Numbered from the stretch's first letter, positions 54,259-64,000 are shown. The stretch: 64,000 nucleotides of DNA from an uncultured Acidobacteriota bacterium (GCA_963843755.1 CAWJLS010000010.1:289067-353066); one strand, 5' to 3'. Numbers and translations: made by a program. Notes: generated by a model from the letters alone, not told the origin.

Positions 54259-55332
54259 ATGCCCGAGATCCGTTCCGCCGGCCGCGCGGCCGCGTTCGTC
54301 CTCTTCGTCCTGACCGTCGCGGGAGGCGCCCGCCTCGGAGCCGACGACACGCCGTCGCCGGCCGCGCCTTCCGTTCCGCCCGGCAAGACGACCTCCCAGG
54401 TGCTCGCGGACTCCGCCCCGTCCGACTGGCGCCCCCTCGATCCGGACACCACGCTCTACGTCACCCTGCCCGGCGGCCGGGTGGTGATCGAGCTGGCGCC
54501 GGAGTTCGCGCCGCTCCACGTGGCCAACATCCAGCAGCTCGTGCGGCAGAAGTACTTCGATGGCCTGGCGGTGGTCCGCTCCCAGGACAACTACGTCGTC
54601 CAGTGGGGCGATCCCCAGGCCGGCGACAGCGACGACGGCAAGGACGGCGCGGCCGGCGCGAAGGCGAAGCCGCGCTCGCTGGGGGAGGCGAAGGCGACGC
54701 TGCCGCCGGAGATGGACCGGCCGATCGGCGGGACCGCGACCTGGCAGGCGGCCGGCGAGGGCAACGCGGCCGGGGACGGCGCGCAGGGCGGGAAGCTGGC
54801 GCCGCTCGCGTTCACCCCGCTCGGTGACGGCGACGTCTACGCGCCGGAGGTCGGCTTCAGCCACGGCCTGCCGGTGGCCCGCGATCCGTCGACCGGCCGC
54901 GCCTGGCTCACCCACTGCTACGCCATGGTCGGCGTCGGCCGGGGCGACGCGGCGGACTCGGGCAGCGGCGCCGAGCTCTACGTGGTGATCGGCCACTCCC
55001 CCCGGCACCTGGACCGCAACGTCACCCTGGTCGGCCGGGTGGTCCAGGGGATGGAGCTGCTCTCGACCCTGCCGCGGGGCACCGGGGCGCTCGGCTTCTA
55101 CGAGCACCCGTCCGAGTACGTGCCGATCACCTCGATCCGCCTGGGGAGCGACCTGCCGGAGGCCGAGCGGGCGCAGGTCGAGCTGCTGCGCACCGACACC
55201 CGGACCTTCCGCGACCTGATCGACGCCCGGCGCTGGCGGCGGGAAGGGTGGTTCCTGGACAAGGTAGGGCACGTCAGCCTGTGCAACGTGCCCCTCCCGG
55301 TCCGGCCGGTGCAGCCGAATCCCGAGAGCTGA
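54259..55332 (+). CDS. cyclophilin-type peptidyl-prolyl cis-trans isomerase, secreted, with insertions
   Basis: Signal-like N-terminus. [29 protein letters not shown]...VVQWGDP...GAELYVVIG...[18 protein letters not shown]. Confidence 0.7.
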   Translation: MPEIRSAGRAAAFVLFVLTVAGGARLGADDTPSPAAPSVPPGKTTSQVLADSAPSDWRPLDPDTTLYVTLPGGRVVIELAPEFAPLHVANIQQLVRQKYFDGLAVVRSQDNYVVQWGDPQAGDSDDGKDGAAGAKAKPRSLGEAKATLPPEMDRPIGGTATWQAAGEGNAAGDGAQGGKLAPLAFTPLGDGDVYAPEVGFSHGLPVARDPSTGRAWLTHCYAMVGVGRGDAADSGSGAELYVVIGHSPRHLDRNVTLVGRVVQGMELLSTLPRGTGALGFYEHPSEYVPITSIRLGSDLPEAERAQVELLRTDTRTFRDLIDARRWRREGWFLDKVGHVSLCNVPLPVRPVQPNPES

Positions 55333-55400
55333 GCGCGCGGTAAGATGGCGGATATTCCGTTCCGGGGTCGACGACAGCCTGTTTCGAACGAGGAGGCTCC

Positions 55401-55748
55401 ATGGCTCGCTTTACCCGAAAGCGCCAGGAGATGCGCATTCCCGTCGAGGGGGTACAGGGGAGCCTGCGGACACCGGGCGACCTGCGGATCATCAACCTGA
55501 GCCGGAGCGGTCTGGCGTTCGCCACCGCCCACCATCTGACCGTCGGCGAGACGTCGTTCATCGAGCTGCGCTTCCAACAGCAGACGGCCAACCTGGAGCT
55601 GAAGCTCCTGTGGTGCTTCCGTCAGCCGAAGCTCGAGCCGATGGAGCCGGAGGTGTTCCTGGCCGGCGGGCGGTTCGTGGACGTGGTGCGGGACGATCCG
55701 GACGGCCTGTGGCGGGGGCTCGTCGGCAAGGGCGACAAGGCGCCGTAG
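55401..55748 (+). CDS. PilZ domain protein (putative c-di-GMP receptor)
   Basis: RKRQEMR (RxxxR) followed about 20 aa later by NLSRSGLAF (D/NxSxxG). Confidence 0.7.
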   Translation: MARFTRKRQEMRIPVEGVQGSLRTPGDLRIINLSRSGLAFATAHHLTVGETSFIELRFQQQTANLELKLLWCFRQPKLEPMEPEVFLAGGRFVDVVRDDPDGLWRGLVGKGDKAP

Positions 55749-55827
55749 GCCGGGCGTTCGACCGACGGCGCCATCAGCCACGCGTACGCCGTGGTAGGGT
55801 CTGCGAAATTCCCGCTTCCCCTCCGAG

Positions 55828-56388
55828 ATGACCGACTCTCCCCCCGATCCTCCGTCCGACGATCCGTTCGGGTCGTTCGCCGACGAGGCGGAGATGCTCG
55901 ACTTCATGCGCGAGACGCTCCGGCGGCTGCGCCGGGGTGGCGGGGCGGCCGGTGCGTCCGGAGCCGGATCCGGATCCGAAGCCCGGGATGCCGCCGGCGG
56001 CGCGGAGCAGGGGCCGGCCTGGTGGGTGGAAGAGCGCGACGACGGCACCTTCGCCGTGGTGTCGGAGACGACCGGCACGACGGCCGCCTCGTTGCACGAC
56101 CGGCGGCGGGCCTACCTGCTCGCCGCGACTCTCACCGCCGCCGGCTCGCAACCCCAGGGCCCGGCGGACGCGCTGGCGGAGCCGGCCGCCGATCCGCCCG
56201 CCGGCTGGGGCGATGACCCGGTCGAGCGGCGCAAAGAGCTCACGGCCCGCACCCTGCGCGGCCTGCTCGCCAATCCCAAGGCGATCGAGCTCTTCCTCCA
56301 GTCGATCGAGCCCGACGTTCTGCGCGAGGCGATGGAGATCCGCGAGGGTGACGGCGAGGACGACGACTCGTCCGGCCAGCCCAACTGA
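55828..56388 (+). CDS. hypothetical protein (acidic, low complexity)
   Basis: GC3-biased 186-aa ORF. No recognisable family. Confidence 0.5.
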   Translation: MTDSPPDPPSDDPFGSFADEAEMLDFMRETLRRLRRGGGAAGASGAGSGSEARDAAGGAEQGPAWWVEERDDGTFAVVSETTGTTAASLHDRRRAYLLAATLTAAGSQPQGPADALAEPAADPPAGWGDDPVERRKELTARTLRGLLANPKAIELFLQSIEPDVLREAMEIREGDGEDDDSSGQPN

Positions 56389-56554
56389 AGGGGTCCGCGA
56401 CCGCCGAGCGGCGGTCGTCCTGTGGTAGAAAGTCGTTCATGGTGCCCGGATCGGTTCGAACGAACATCGCCACGCCGAACCGGTCCGATCCGCCCCACTC
56501 CGCGCCCCTCCCGCAGCATCTCCCGACAACCTCCGTCCCCCCGGCCGGCCGTCC

Positions 56555-57883
56555 ATGATCGACGAGCAACCGAAGATCTTCGTCCTCGACACCTCTGTCG
56601 TCCTGTACGACTTCATGGCCCTGTCCAACTTCGAGGAGCACGACGTGGCGGTGCCGCTGACCGTGCTCGAGGAGCTGGACCAGTTCAAGAAGGGCAACAA
56701 CGTCATCAACCTCCACGCCCGGGAGTTCATGCGCCAGCTCGACACCCTGTCGGAGGAGAGCGACCTGCGCGACTGGATCCCGATCAACGGGCCGGGAAAG
56801 GGGCGCTTCCGGGTGATCCCGGAGGAGCGCACCGACGTCGACGCCTCGGATCTGTTCGGGTCGAAGAAGAACGACCACCGCATCCTGAACGCGGCCCTCG
56901 CCCTGGCCAAGCGCGAGGCGCCGCGCAAGGTGATCCTGGTCTCGAAGGACATCAACCTGCGGGTCAAGGCGCGGGCCGTCTCCCTGCTGGCGGAGGACTA
57001 CGAGACCGTCCGGATCAAGGACGTCGACCACCTCTACCGCGGCACCACCCACATCGAGGTGGAGAACGGCGAGCTGATCGACCGGCTCTACGCCGAAGAG
57101 TCGGTGCCGGCGAACGGGCTGGTCGAAGGCGCGCCGCCGGCCAACCACTTCTTCATCCTGCGCCACGACTCGAAATCGGCGCTGGCCAGCTTCGACCCCC
57201 AGCGCGGCGCCCTGCGGCGGGTGAAGAAGCCGTCGGCCTACGGCATCAGCCCGAAGAACGCCGAGCAGACCTTCGCCCTCGACGCCATTCTCAACCCGGA
57301 CATCCCCCTGGTCACCCTGTCCGGGGCGGCGGGTACCGGCAAGACCCTCCTCGCCCTGGCCGGCGCCCTCGAGCAGCGGCGCCAGTTCCGGCAGATCTAC
57401 CTCGCCCGCCCGGTCGTCCCGCTGTCGAACAAAGACTTGGGCTACCTGCCCGGCGACGTCCAGTCCAAGGTCAACCCCTACATGCAGCCGCTGTGGGACA
57501 ACCTGTCGGTGATCAAGAACCAGTTCACCGAGACGTCGAAGGAGTACAAGCGGATCGACGACATGATCGAAAAGGAGAAGCTCCACATCGTGCCGCTGGC
57601 CTACATCCGGGGGCGGAGCTTCTCGAACATCATGTTCATCGTCGACGAGGCCCAGAACCTCACCCCCCACGAGGTCAAGACCGTCATCACCCGCGCCGGC
57701 GACGGCACCAAGATCGTCATGACCGGCGACATCTTCCAGATCGACACGCCGTACCTCGACAAGCACTCGAACGGCCTCTCCTACCTGATCGACCGCCTGC
57801 GGGGGAACCGGCTGTACGCGCACATCAACCTGGAAAAGGGCGAGCGGAGCGAGCTGGCGAACCTGGCGAGTAGTTTTCTGTAG
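56555..57883 (+). CDS. PhoH2: N-terminal PIN domain fused to a PhoH-like ATPase
   Basis: IFVLDTSVVLYD...SKDINLRVKA (PIN). LSGAAGTGKTLLALA (Walker A), IVDEAQNLT (Walker B), GDIFQIDTPY. Confidence 0.9.
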   Translation: MIDEQPKIFVLDTSVVLYDFMALSNFEEHDVAVPLTVLEELDQFKKGNNVINLHAREFMRQLDTLSEESDLRDWIPINGPGKGRFRVIPEERTDVDASDLFGSKKNDHRILNAALALAKREAPRKVILVSKDINLRVKARAVSLLAEDYETVRIKDVDHLYRGTTHIEVENGELIDRLYAEESVPANGLVEGAPPANHFFILRHDSKSALASFDPQRGALRRVKKPSAYGISPKNAEQTFALDAILNPDIPLVTLSGAAGTGKTLLALAGALEQRRQFRQIYLARPVVPLSNKDLGYLPGDVQSKVNPYMQPLWDNLSVIKNQFTETSKEYKRIDDMIEKEKLHIVPLAYIRGRSFSNIMFIVDEAQNLTPHEVKTVITRAGDGTKIVMTGDIFQIDTPYLDKHSNGLSYLIDRLRGNRLYAHINLEKGERSELANLASSFL

Positions 57884-57928
57884 GGTCGCTTGTAGCACCT
57901 CAAGAGTCCTTCGCCGGAGGGTTCGCCG

Positions 57929-58093
57929 GAAGCGGCCGGGAGGCTCCGGTCTGCCGGCACGGCGCGCGTCGGTTGCCTGAACGGAGCTGATCGCGCGCCT
58001 CGTTGACGGCCGCGCGTGTCCACCTCTGCCAGATCAGGCGTCCCCGCGGGCGCGTCCGTCAGCGGCCTCTGACCGGAGCCTCCCGGCCGCTTC
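57929..58093. repeat. 165-bp inverted-repeat element: perfect 23-bp arms around a 119-nt spacer
   Basis: gaagcggccgggaggctccggtc (57929-57951) is the exact reverse complement of 58071-58093. The spacer has its own GC-rich sub-hairpins (ggcgcgcg...cgcgcgcc). The arm core ggctccggtc/gaccggagcc is the same 10-mer pair that forms the hairpin at 11091-11114. Confidence 0.8.
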
Positions 58094-58236
58094 ACGCCTC
58101 AACGATCGTTGCCTTGGCGGGAGGAGGGGTCTCGGGACTCTGCCGCCCGTGGCAACCCACCACTTGGATCCTCGTGGTGGGCATCGAGTGGTAGATGGCG
58201 ACCGTATTTACGGCTTCATGATATGGTTCGCCCATC

Positions 58237-58479
58237 ATGAAGACCACGCTCGACCTCGATGACGCCCTGCTGACCGAAGCCAAGACCCGAGCCGCGGCGG
58301 CTGGGACCAGCCTCAAGTCCTACGTCGAGGATGCCCTCCGCGCCCGCCTCCTTCCACGGCTGAGCGGGGAGCAAGAGCCGTTTCGGCTGAAGCTCCCGAT
58401 CGTCGAGGGCACGGCTCCGCCGGCGGTCGAGGTCATGGATCGTCGAGCCCTCTACGACCTTCTGGACGAGCCGAAATGA
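58237..58479 (+). CDS. vapB: type II antitoxin (VapB-like, MKTTLDLDD-type)
   Basis: MKTTLDLDDALLTEAKTRAAAAGTSLKSYVEDALRARL. ATGA overlap with the downstream PIN gene. Confidence 0.8.
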   Translation: MKTTLDLDDALLTEAKTRAAAAGTSLKSYVEDALRARLLPRLSGEQEPFRLKLPIVEGTAPPAVEVMDRRALYDLLDEPK

Positions 58480-58901
58480 CCGGCGTCGATACAAACGTCC
58501 TGATCGCGGCCCACCGGAGTGAGCACGCCAAGCACGGGGAGGCCCTGGCGCAGCTCGTCGAGATCGCCGAGAGCGGCACCCCGTGGGGCCTGCCGGTCTT
58601 CTGCATCGGCGAGTTCCTCCGGGTCGTGACCCACCCCAAGGTCTTCACGCCACCGTCGAGCCTGGAGGTAGCCATCGAGCTCATCGATCGGCTGCTCGAG
58701 AGCCCCAGCCTCCGACTGCTCCTCCCGGGCGAACGGTTCTGGGGCCGCTTCCGCTCGACTCTCCAGGATGGCGCCGCCCGCGGCAACCTGGTCTTCGATG
58801 CCCAGATCGCGGCGGTTTGCGAGGAGCATGGCGTGCTCGAGCTCGTGACCGGCGACCGGGACTTCTCCCGGTTCTCGGCCATCCGGCCGCGGTACCTCTG
58901 A
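58476..58901 (+). CDS. vapC: type II toxin, PIN-domain ribonuclease VapC
   Basis: GVDTNVLIAA...FDAQIAAVCEEHGV.ELVTGDRDFSRF (PIN acidic residues). Confidence 0.85.
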   Translation: MTGVDTNVLIAAHRSEHAKHGEALAQLVEIAESGTPWGLPVFCIGEFLRVVTHPKVFTPPSSLEVAIELIDRLLESPSLRLLLPGERFWGRFRSTLQDGAARGNLVFDAQIAAVCEEHGVLELVTGDRDFSRFSAIRPRYL

Positions 58902-59214
58902 TCGAAGGGGCGCGGAGTCCGGCAGCAACCGTGTCGGAAGTGAGCGGATCAGCACGTCCATTCACCTGACACCTGGTGGAGAGCAGGCAACCAACGGTGA
59001 GGAGTCGACCGCCGAGGCAGCGATCGATACGGATGGGGAGCGGTCCGGGGGGTGGGCGGTGGAGGGCGTCGAGGGACGCGCCCGCGGGAGCGGTCGAGCG
59101 GTCGTCTAGGCCCGGCGCGTCCCGAGCCGAGGTGCGCGTTGCGCCTCCAACCCTCCAGGTCGCGCGCCGTCCCGGAGCCGTCACCCCCCGGACCGCTCCG
59201 GCGACCCTCATCGC

Positions 59215-59246
59215 CGCTCAACCGCTCAACCACTCAACCGCTCAAC
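59215..59246 (+). repeat. four tandem copies of the octamer CGCTCAAC (third copy CACTCAAC)
   Basis: cgctcaac cgctcaac cactcaac cgctcaac, about 105 nt upstream of the DUF885 gene start, within a 450-nt intergenic region. Confidence 0.7.
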
Positions 59247-59352
59247 GATCCGCCCCGCTGTCCGCCCCCTGATATCGTCCCGCCGACCCGCCCTGCGACA
59301 TCTTCCGCGGCCGGCGGTTTCCGTTGACAGCATCCGATCGAAGGGGGACCCC

Positions 59353-61212
59353 ATGCGAGCTCGCCGACCCGTCTGCATCCTGCCCGTCCTGCTCTTCGTC
59401 TTCGCCCCGCTCCTCGCGACCACCGCCTGTGCCCCGCCGGAGCCGGCCGAGACCGAGGAGGGGGCCGACGCCACCTCGGCCGAGGCCGACCCGATCGTCG
59501 ACACCTACCTCGACCGCTACTTCGCCTTCTACCCGAGCCGCGCCACCGCCGCCGGCCTCCACACCCACGACCGCGAGCTCGAGGATCTGACGCCCGAGCG
59601 CCTCGACGCCTGGGTGGCGTTCAACCGGGAGACCGTCCGGCGGCTGGAGGAGGCCGCCCGCGGCGAGGACCGCGGCGGCAGCGAGGGCCGGGACGACGGC
59701 CTGACCCCGGCTGAGCGGCGGGACCGGCGGTTCAATCGGAAATTGGACCGGGAGCTGCTGCTGCGCCAGGCGAAGCGAGAGCTGTTCTCCTACGAGACGG
59801 TCAACGAGCCGCGCACCGATCCGCTGTTCTGGACCGGCATCGCGTCGAACGCCAACGTCTTCCTGCTGGTGCGCCAGGATCTGCCGGCCGGCGACCGGCT
59901 CGCCGCCGCCGCGGCGCGGGCGGCGCTTCTGCCGCGACTGGTGCGGCAGGCCCGGGAGACCCTGGGGGCGGCCGATCCCTCGACCGTCTCCGCCGAGCAC
60001 GCCCGGATCGCCTCCGGCCAGGCGAGCGCCTCCGCCGCCTTCTACCGCCAGGGGTTCGCCGCCGCGGCGGACGACCAGGCGCCGGACGACGACGAGCTGG
60101 CGGCGTCGATGAAGCAGGCCGCCGCGGCCGCCGCCGACGCCATGGACGCCCTGGCGGGCGACCTCGAGGTTCTGGCCGGTCATGCCGGCGGCTCGCCGCG
60201 GCTCGGCAAGGAGCGCTACGCCGAGCTCTTCCGCCTGGTCGACGGCGTCGACGAGCCGGTCGAGCAGGTGCGGGCGCGGGCCGAGCGTGCGCTGGTGGAG
60301 AAGCGCCAGGAGACCGCCGCCTACGGACGCCAGGTCTGGAGCCGGATCTTTCCGGACGAGGCGCCGCCGGCCGACGACGTCGCCCTGATCCGGCGGCTGT
60401 TCGATCGCGTCTCCCAGGACCGGGCCACGTCGTCGGAGGAACTCGTCGCCGACTTCCGCACCCTGGTCGACAAGGCCTTTGCCTTCACCCGGGAGCACGA
60501 CGTCATCACCCTGCCCGATCCGCGCACCCTGTGGGTCGGCCCGTCGCCCTCCTTCTTCGTCGGCCAGAGCGTCGGCGGCGTCTACCCGGCCGGTCCGTAC
60601 GCGCCGGAGGCGGACACCCTGTTCTACCTGCCGACCCCGTCGGACGACGCGACGCCGGAGCAGAAGGACGCCTTCTTCCGCGATTTCAACCACCATTTCA
60701 ACGTCATGATCACCCCCCACGAGATGGTGCCGGGGCACTACACCCAGCTCAAGATCGCCGCCCGCCAGCCCCACAAGGTGCGCAGCCTGTTCGCCGACGG
60801 CGTCTACACCGAGGGCTGGGGCACCTTCTGCGAGCGGCTGATGCTCGACCAGGGCTGGGGCGGTCCGCTCGACCGCCTGGCCCACCTCAAGAAGCAGCTC
60901 GAAAACATCGCCCGCACGATCGTCGACATCCGGGTCCACACGGACGGCATGGAGCGCGACGAGGTGCTCCGGTTCGTCAAGGACGAGGCGCTCCAGGACG
61001 ACCAGTTCGCCCGCAACATGTGGGTCCGCTCGATCACCAGCGCGCCCCAGATCACCTCCTACTGGCTGGGCTACGACCAGATCATGGGGCTCTACCGGGA
61101 CGTCCGGGAGGCCCGCGGCGACGGCTTCGTTCTGCGCGACTTCATGGACGCCGCGACCGCCATGGGGCCGGTGCCGGTGCGCCACTACCGGGAGGCGATG
61201 CTCGACGGCTGA
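59353..61212 (+). CDS. DUF885 family lipoprotein (putative metallopeptidase-like)
   Basis: Lipobox LLATTAC. C-terminal ITPHEMVPGHYTQL (the HExxPGHH-like DUF885 signature) ...TEGWGTFCE. Confidence 0.85.
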   Translation: MRARRPVCILPVLLFVFAPLLATTACAPPEPAETEEGADATSAEADPIVDTYLDRYFAFYPSRATAAGLHTHDRELEDLTPERLDAWVAFNRETVRRLEEAARGEDRGGSEGRDDGLTPAERRDRRFNRKLDRELLLRQAKRELFSYETVNEPRTDPLFWTGIASNANVFLLVRQDLPAGDRLAAAAARAALLPRLVRQARETLGAADPSTVSAEHARIASGQASASAAFYRQGFAAAADDQAPDDDELAASMKQAAAAAADAMDALAGDLEVLAGHAGGSPRLGKERYAELFRLVDGVDEPVEQVRARAERALVEKRQETAAYGRQVWSRIFPDEAPPADDVALIRRLFDRVSQDRATSSEELVADFRTLVDKAFAFTREHDVITLPDPRTLWVGPSPSFFVGQSVGGVYPAGPYAPEADTLFYLPTPSDDATPEQKDAFFRDFNHHFNVMITPHEMVPGHYTQLKIAARQPHKVRSLFADGVYTEGWGTFCERLMLDQGWGGPLDRLAHLKKQLENIARTIVDIRVHTDGMERDEVLRFVKDEALQDDQFARNMWVRSITSAPQITSYWLGYDQIMGLYRDVREARGDGFVLRDFMDAATAMGPVPVRHYREAMLDG

Positions 61213-61281
61213 GGCGGCCGGCCTCGCCGGTCGAGACGGAATGTGGCGCGGGGGAGCGTCGTATAGACTGCTGAGACGCCT

Positions 61282-62796
61282 ATGAGACCTCATCGCACCG
61301 CCGCCCGCCGTGTGCCCCACCTGCTGCTCGCCTGGATCGTCCTCGGCCTGGCGCTGCCCGTTCTGGCCGAGGTCGGAGCCGGTCTCGGAAGCCGGCTCGG
61401 AGCTGGGCTCGGCTCGGGGGCCGGCGTGCCGGCCGAGGCGCTCGCCGAGCCGCCGGCCGCGGCCCTGACCGGGGCCCTGACCGGGGTAGGGGCCACGGGC
61501 GGTGAGGTGGTCCGGGTGCGCATCGACACGCCGATCCACCCGGTGGCCGCCCAGCTCCTCGCGGACGCCATCGAACAGGCCGAGCAGGAGCACGCCGCGG
61601 CCCTGGTGATCGAGATCGACACGCCGGGCGGCCTGATGACCTCCATGCGGGACATGATCCGCGACATCCTGGCCACCGACGTGCCGGTGATCGGGTACGT
61701 GGCGCCGCCGGGCGCTCAGGCGGCGTCGGCCGGGTTCTTCCTCCTGATGTCGACCGACGTGGCGGCCATGGCCCCGGGAACCAACGCCGGGGCGGCGTCA
61801 CCGATCGGCGGCCAGGGGCAGGACATCGGCGGCACCCTGGGCGAGAAGATCGAGCAGGACGCCACCGCCCAGATGCGCTCCCTCGCCAAGCGCAACGGCC
61901 GCAACGTCGAGGCGGCGGAGAAGGCGGTGACCGACGCCCTGTCCTACGACGCCGACCAGGCGAAGGAGCTCGGCCTGATCGAGATCATCGCGCCGACCTT
62001 GCCCAAGCTGCTGGCGGAGGTCGACGGCCGGACCATCCGGGGCGAGACCGAGAAACCGGTCGTCCTGGCGACCCGCGACGCGGTCATCCGCACCCACGAG
62101 CCGACCTGGGCCCAACGGTTCCTCGCGCTGATCGCCGATCCCAACATCGCCTACGGGCTGCTGTCGATCGGCTCCCTCGGGGTGCTGATCGAGCTGTACA
62201 ACCCGGGCGCGATCTTCCCCGGCGTCATCGGCGGCATCTGCCTGGTCCTGGGCGCCTTCGCCCTCTCCGTGCTGCCGGTCAACGTCGCCGGGTTGGCGCT
62301 CCTGGCGCTGGCGCTGATCTTCTTCATCGCCGAGATCAAGGTGACCAGCTACGGCCTGTTGACCACGGCGGGGGTGGTGTCGCTGGTGATCGGCTCGCTG
62401 ATGCTGTTCAACAGCCCGGACCCGGCGCTGCGGGTCTCGCTGGAGGTGATCGTCACGGCGGCTGGGACCACCATCGTGGTCGTCCTGTTCCTGATGTTCC
62501 AGGTGCTCCGGGCCCACCGCGCCCAGGTGCGCACCGGCGTCGAGGGGATGATCCGCGAGCGTGGCCGCGCCCAGAGCGATCTTTCGCCCCGCGGCAAGGT
62601 GTTCGTCCACGGCGAGATCTGGGACGCGGAGTCCGAGGCGCCGGCGCTCCGCGGCGACCCGGTGGAGGTGCTGGCGGTCGAGGGCATGTGGCTCCGGGTC
62701 CGGCCCGTCCTCGATGGCATCGGCGCCCCCGGCACGGCCGCGCCCGCCCGGCCAGTCCGGTCGACCGAGCCGGTCGACCCGTCCGGGAGAGCCTGA
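61282..62796 (+). CDS. NfeD-family membrane-bound ClpP-class serine protease (long form)
   Basis: VIEIDTPGGLMTSM...AQAASAGFFLLMS (ClpP-like), multiple TM helices, and a C-terminal OB-fold GKVFVHGEIWDAES...GDPVEVLAVEGMWLRVRP. Confidence 0.85.
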   Translation: MRPHRTAARRVPHLLLAWIVLGLALPVLAEVGAGLGSRLGAGLGSGAGVPAEALAEPPAAALTGALTGVGATGGEVVRVRIDTPIHPVAAQLLADAIEQAEQEHAAALVIEIDTPGGLMTSMRDMIRDILATDVPVIGYVAPPGAQAASAGFFLLMSTDVAAMAPGTNAGAASPIGGQGQDIGGTLGEKIEQDATAQMRSLAKRNGRNVEAAEKAVTDALSYDADQAKELGLIEIIAPTLPKLLAEVDGRTIRGETEKPVVLATRDAVIRTHEPTWAQRFLALIADPNIAYGLLSIGSLGVLIELYNPGAIFPGVIGGICLVLGAFALSVLPVNVAGLALLALALIFFIAEIKVTSYGLLTTAGVVSLVIGSLMLFNSPDPALRVSLEVIVTAAGTTIVVVLFLMFQVLRAHRAQVRTGVEGMIRERGRAQSDLSPRGKVFVHGEIWDAESEAPALRGDPVEVLAVEGMWLRVRPVLDGIGAPGTAAPARPVRSTEPVDPSGRA

Positions 62797-62803
62797 GCCC
62801 GGA

Positions 62804-63163
62804 ATGGCCGCTGCTCCCGACGGCTTCGCGCTCTCCGGTGCCGGCCTGGTCGCTCTGGCGGTGGTGGCCGGCCTGCTGCTTTACCACGGCGTCGCCCTGG
62901 CGGCCCGCCTGGCCGTCTGGTTGAGCGATCGTATCCGCGGTCCGGAGGAGCTCTACGCCGACCGCAGGCCGCCGGGTGGAACGATCGGTTGCCAGGGGAT
63001 CGCGCGCAACGATCTGGCGCCTCGCGGTAGAGTCTTCGTACGAGGCGAGCTCTGGGAGGCCGAAGCCGAGGGGCCGGTGAGCGCCGGCGAGGTCGTGGAG
63101 GTGGTCGCCGCCGAGGGTCTGATGCTGACCGTCCGAGCCGCCACCGACGAGCCGCGAGCCTGA
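62804..63163 (+). CDS. short NfeD-like protein (TM plus C-terminal OB-fold only)
   Basis: [16 protein letters not shown] (TM) and [37 protein letters not shown], parallel to the C-terminus of the preceding gene. Confidence 0.7.
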   Translation: MAAAPDGFALSGAGLVALAVVAGLLLYHGVALAARLAVWLSDRIRGPEELYADRRPPGGTIGCQGIARNDLAPRGRVFVRGELWEAEAEGPVSAGEVVEVVAAEGLMLTVRAATDEPRA

Positions 63164-63206
63164 ACGCGTCCGAACGATAGAGCCTGAATCTAGAGAGGGG
63201 ACACCC

Positions 63207-64000
63207 ATGGTCGGAGGTAGCCTGTTCAGCCTGTTCTTCCTGGTGCTGGTGGCCGTCTTCCTGCTCAGCCGCTGGATCCGGATCCTCAACGAGTACGAGC
63301 GGGCGGTGGTCTTCCGGCTCGGCCGGTTGCTCGCCAAGGACAAGGGGCCCGGCATCATCTTCGTCTTCTGGCCGATCGACCAGGTCACCAAGATCTCGCT
63401 CCGGACGGTGGTCCACGACGTGCCGCCCCAGGACGTCATCACCAAGGACAACGTGTCGGTCAAGGTCAACGCGGTGGTCTACTTCCGGGTCGTCGAGCCG
63501 GCCAAGGCGGTGGTCGAGGTGGAGAACTACCTCTATGCCACCAGCCAGCTCGCCCAGACCACGCTGCGGTCGGTGCTCGGCCAGGCCGAGCTCGACGAGC
63601 TGCTCTCCGAACGCGAGAAGCTCAACGAGCAGCTCCAAGAGATCATCGATGCCCAGACCGACCCGTGGGGGATCAAGGTCTCCATGGTCGAGGTCAAGCA
63701 CGTCGACCTGCCGACCGAGATGCAGCGGGCCATGGCGCGCCAGGCCGAGGCCGAGCGGGAGAAGCGGGCCAAGGTCATCCACGCCGAGGGCGAGTTCCAG
63801 GCGTCGCGCCAGCTCGCCCGGGCGGCGGACGTGGTCTCCCAGAACCCGGTCACCCTGCAGCTCCGTTACCTGCAGACCGTGACCGACATCGCGTCCGAGC
63901 AGAACTCGACGGTCTTTTTCCCGATCCCGATCGACCTGTTCAAGGCGTTCGAGGCGTTCGGCAAGAAGGCCGGCGGTGAAGGAGGCTCCGACACACCGTG
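63207..64000 (+). CDS. SPFH/stomatin-family (slipin) protein; 3' end runs off the window
   Basis: Absent from the ORF track because it has no stop in the window. [20 protein letters not shown]...[16 protein letters not shown]...[14 protein letters not shown]...[24 protein letters not shown]...[18 protein letters not shown]...[38 protein letters not shown]. Confidence 0.9.
   Translation, partial: MVGGSLFSLFFLVLVAVFLLSRWIRILNEYERAVVFRLGRLLAKDKGPGIIFVFWPIDQVTKISLRTVVHDVPPQDVITKDNVSVKVNAVVYFRVVEPAKAVVEVENYLYATSQLAQTTLRSVLGQAELDELLSEREKLNEQLQEIIDAQTDPWGIKVSMVEVKHVDLPTEMQRAMARQAEAEREKRAKVIHAEGEFQASRQLARAADVVSQNPVTLQLRYLQTVTDIASEQNSTVFFPIPIDLFKAFEAFGKKAGGEGGSDTP

Noticed and set aside
1-64000. Search for CRISPR arrays, tRNA/rRNA genes, transposases, integrases and phage genes
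   Set aside because: I saw no regularly spaced direct repeats of 25-40 bp, no tRNA-like cloverleaf candidates in intergenic regions, and no DDE/tyrosine-recombinase/terminase-like ORFs. The scan was by eye, so short or degenerate elements could have been missed.

Overview
High-GC (about 70%) bacterial chromosomal segment, densely coding. I found no rRNA, tRNA, CRISPR array, transposase or integrase. Most long ORFs in the track are antisense or out-of-frame shadows typical of high-GC DNA. Genes were called from recognisable protein motifs, GC3 bias, RBS spacing and start/stop overlaps.

Layout:
- 1-4.6 kb: vWA membrane protein plus a large TPR/peptidase-MA protein.
- 5.1-26.6 kb: a ferredoxin-metabolism supercluster. 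It holds a hemerythrin-like gene, korAB, a giant PFOR whose C-terminal ferredoxin domain sits in another frame, and a complete rnfB...CDGEA operon. It also holds two PFOR-derived paralogs that have lost the TPP and proximal Fe-S motifs. One is wedged between rnfB and rnfC and is broken by at least 5 frame changes.
- 26.6-28.4 kb: a small, largely non-coding islet with a G-quadruplex motif, a gene remnant and a mazEF-like toxin-antitoxin pair.
- 28.4-31.8 kb: MDR oxidoreductase, a hypothetical gene and an APC permease.
- 32.2-38.4 kb: a tightly coupled five-gene biosynthetic operon (ACP, KS-alpha, triad-less KS-beta, flavin-dependent halogenase, carotenoid/stilbene-cleavage-type dioxygenase).
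- 38.4-64 kb: DUF433/DUF5615 pair, MltF-like transglycosylase, YdiJ-like FAD/Fe-S oxidase, a secreted unknown, a COG2403 P-loop protein, GH20, cspA, an ExeM/NucH-like nuclease divergent from an e(P4) nucleotidase, cyclophilin, PilZ, PIN-PhoH2, vapBC, DUF885, and an NfeD/NfeD-short/SPFH operon.

Two long inverted-repeat elements (36-bp and 23-bp arms around spacers of roughly 115 nt) and several short tandem repeats lie in intergenic DNA.

The most interesting candidates are the PFOR-paralog/Rnf arrangement and the minimal KS/CLF-halogenase-CCD operon.
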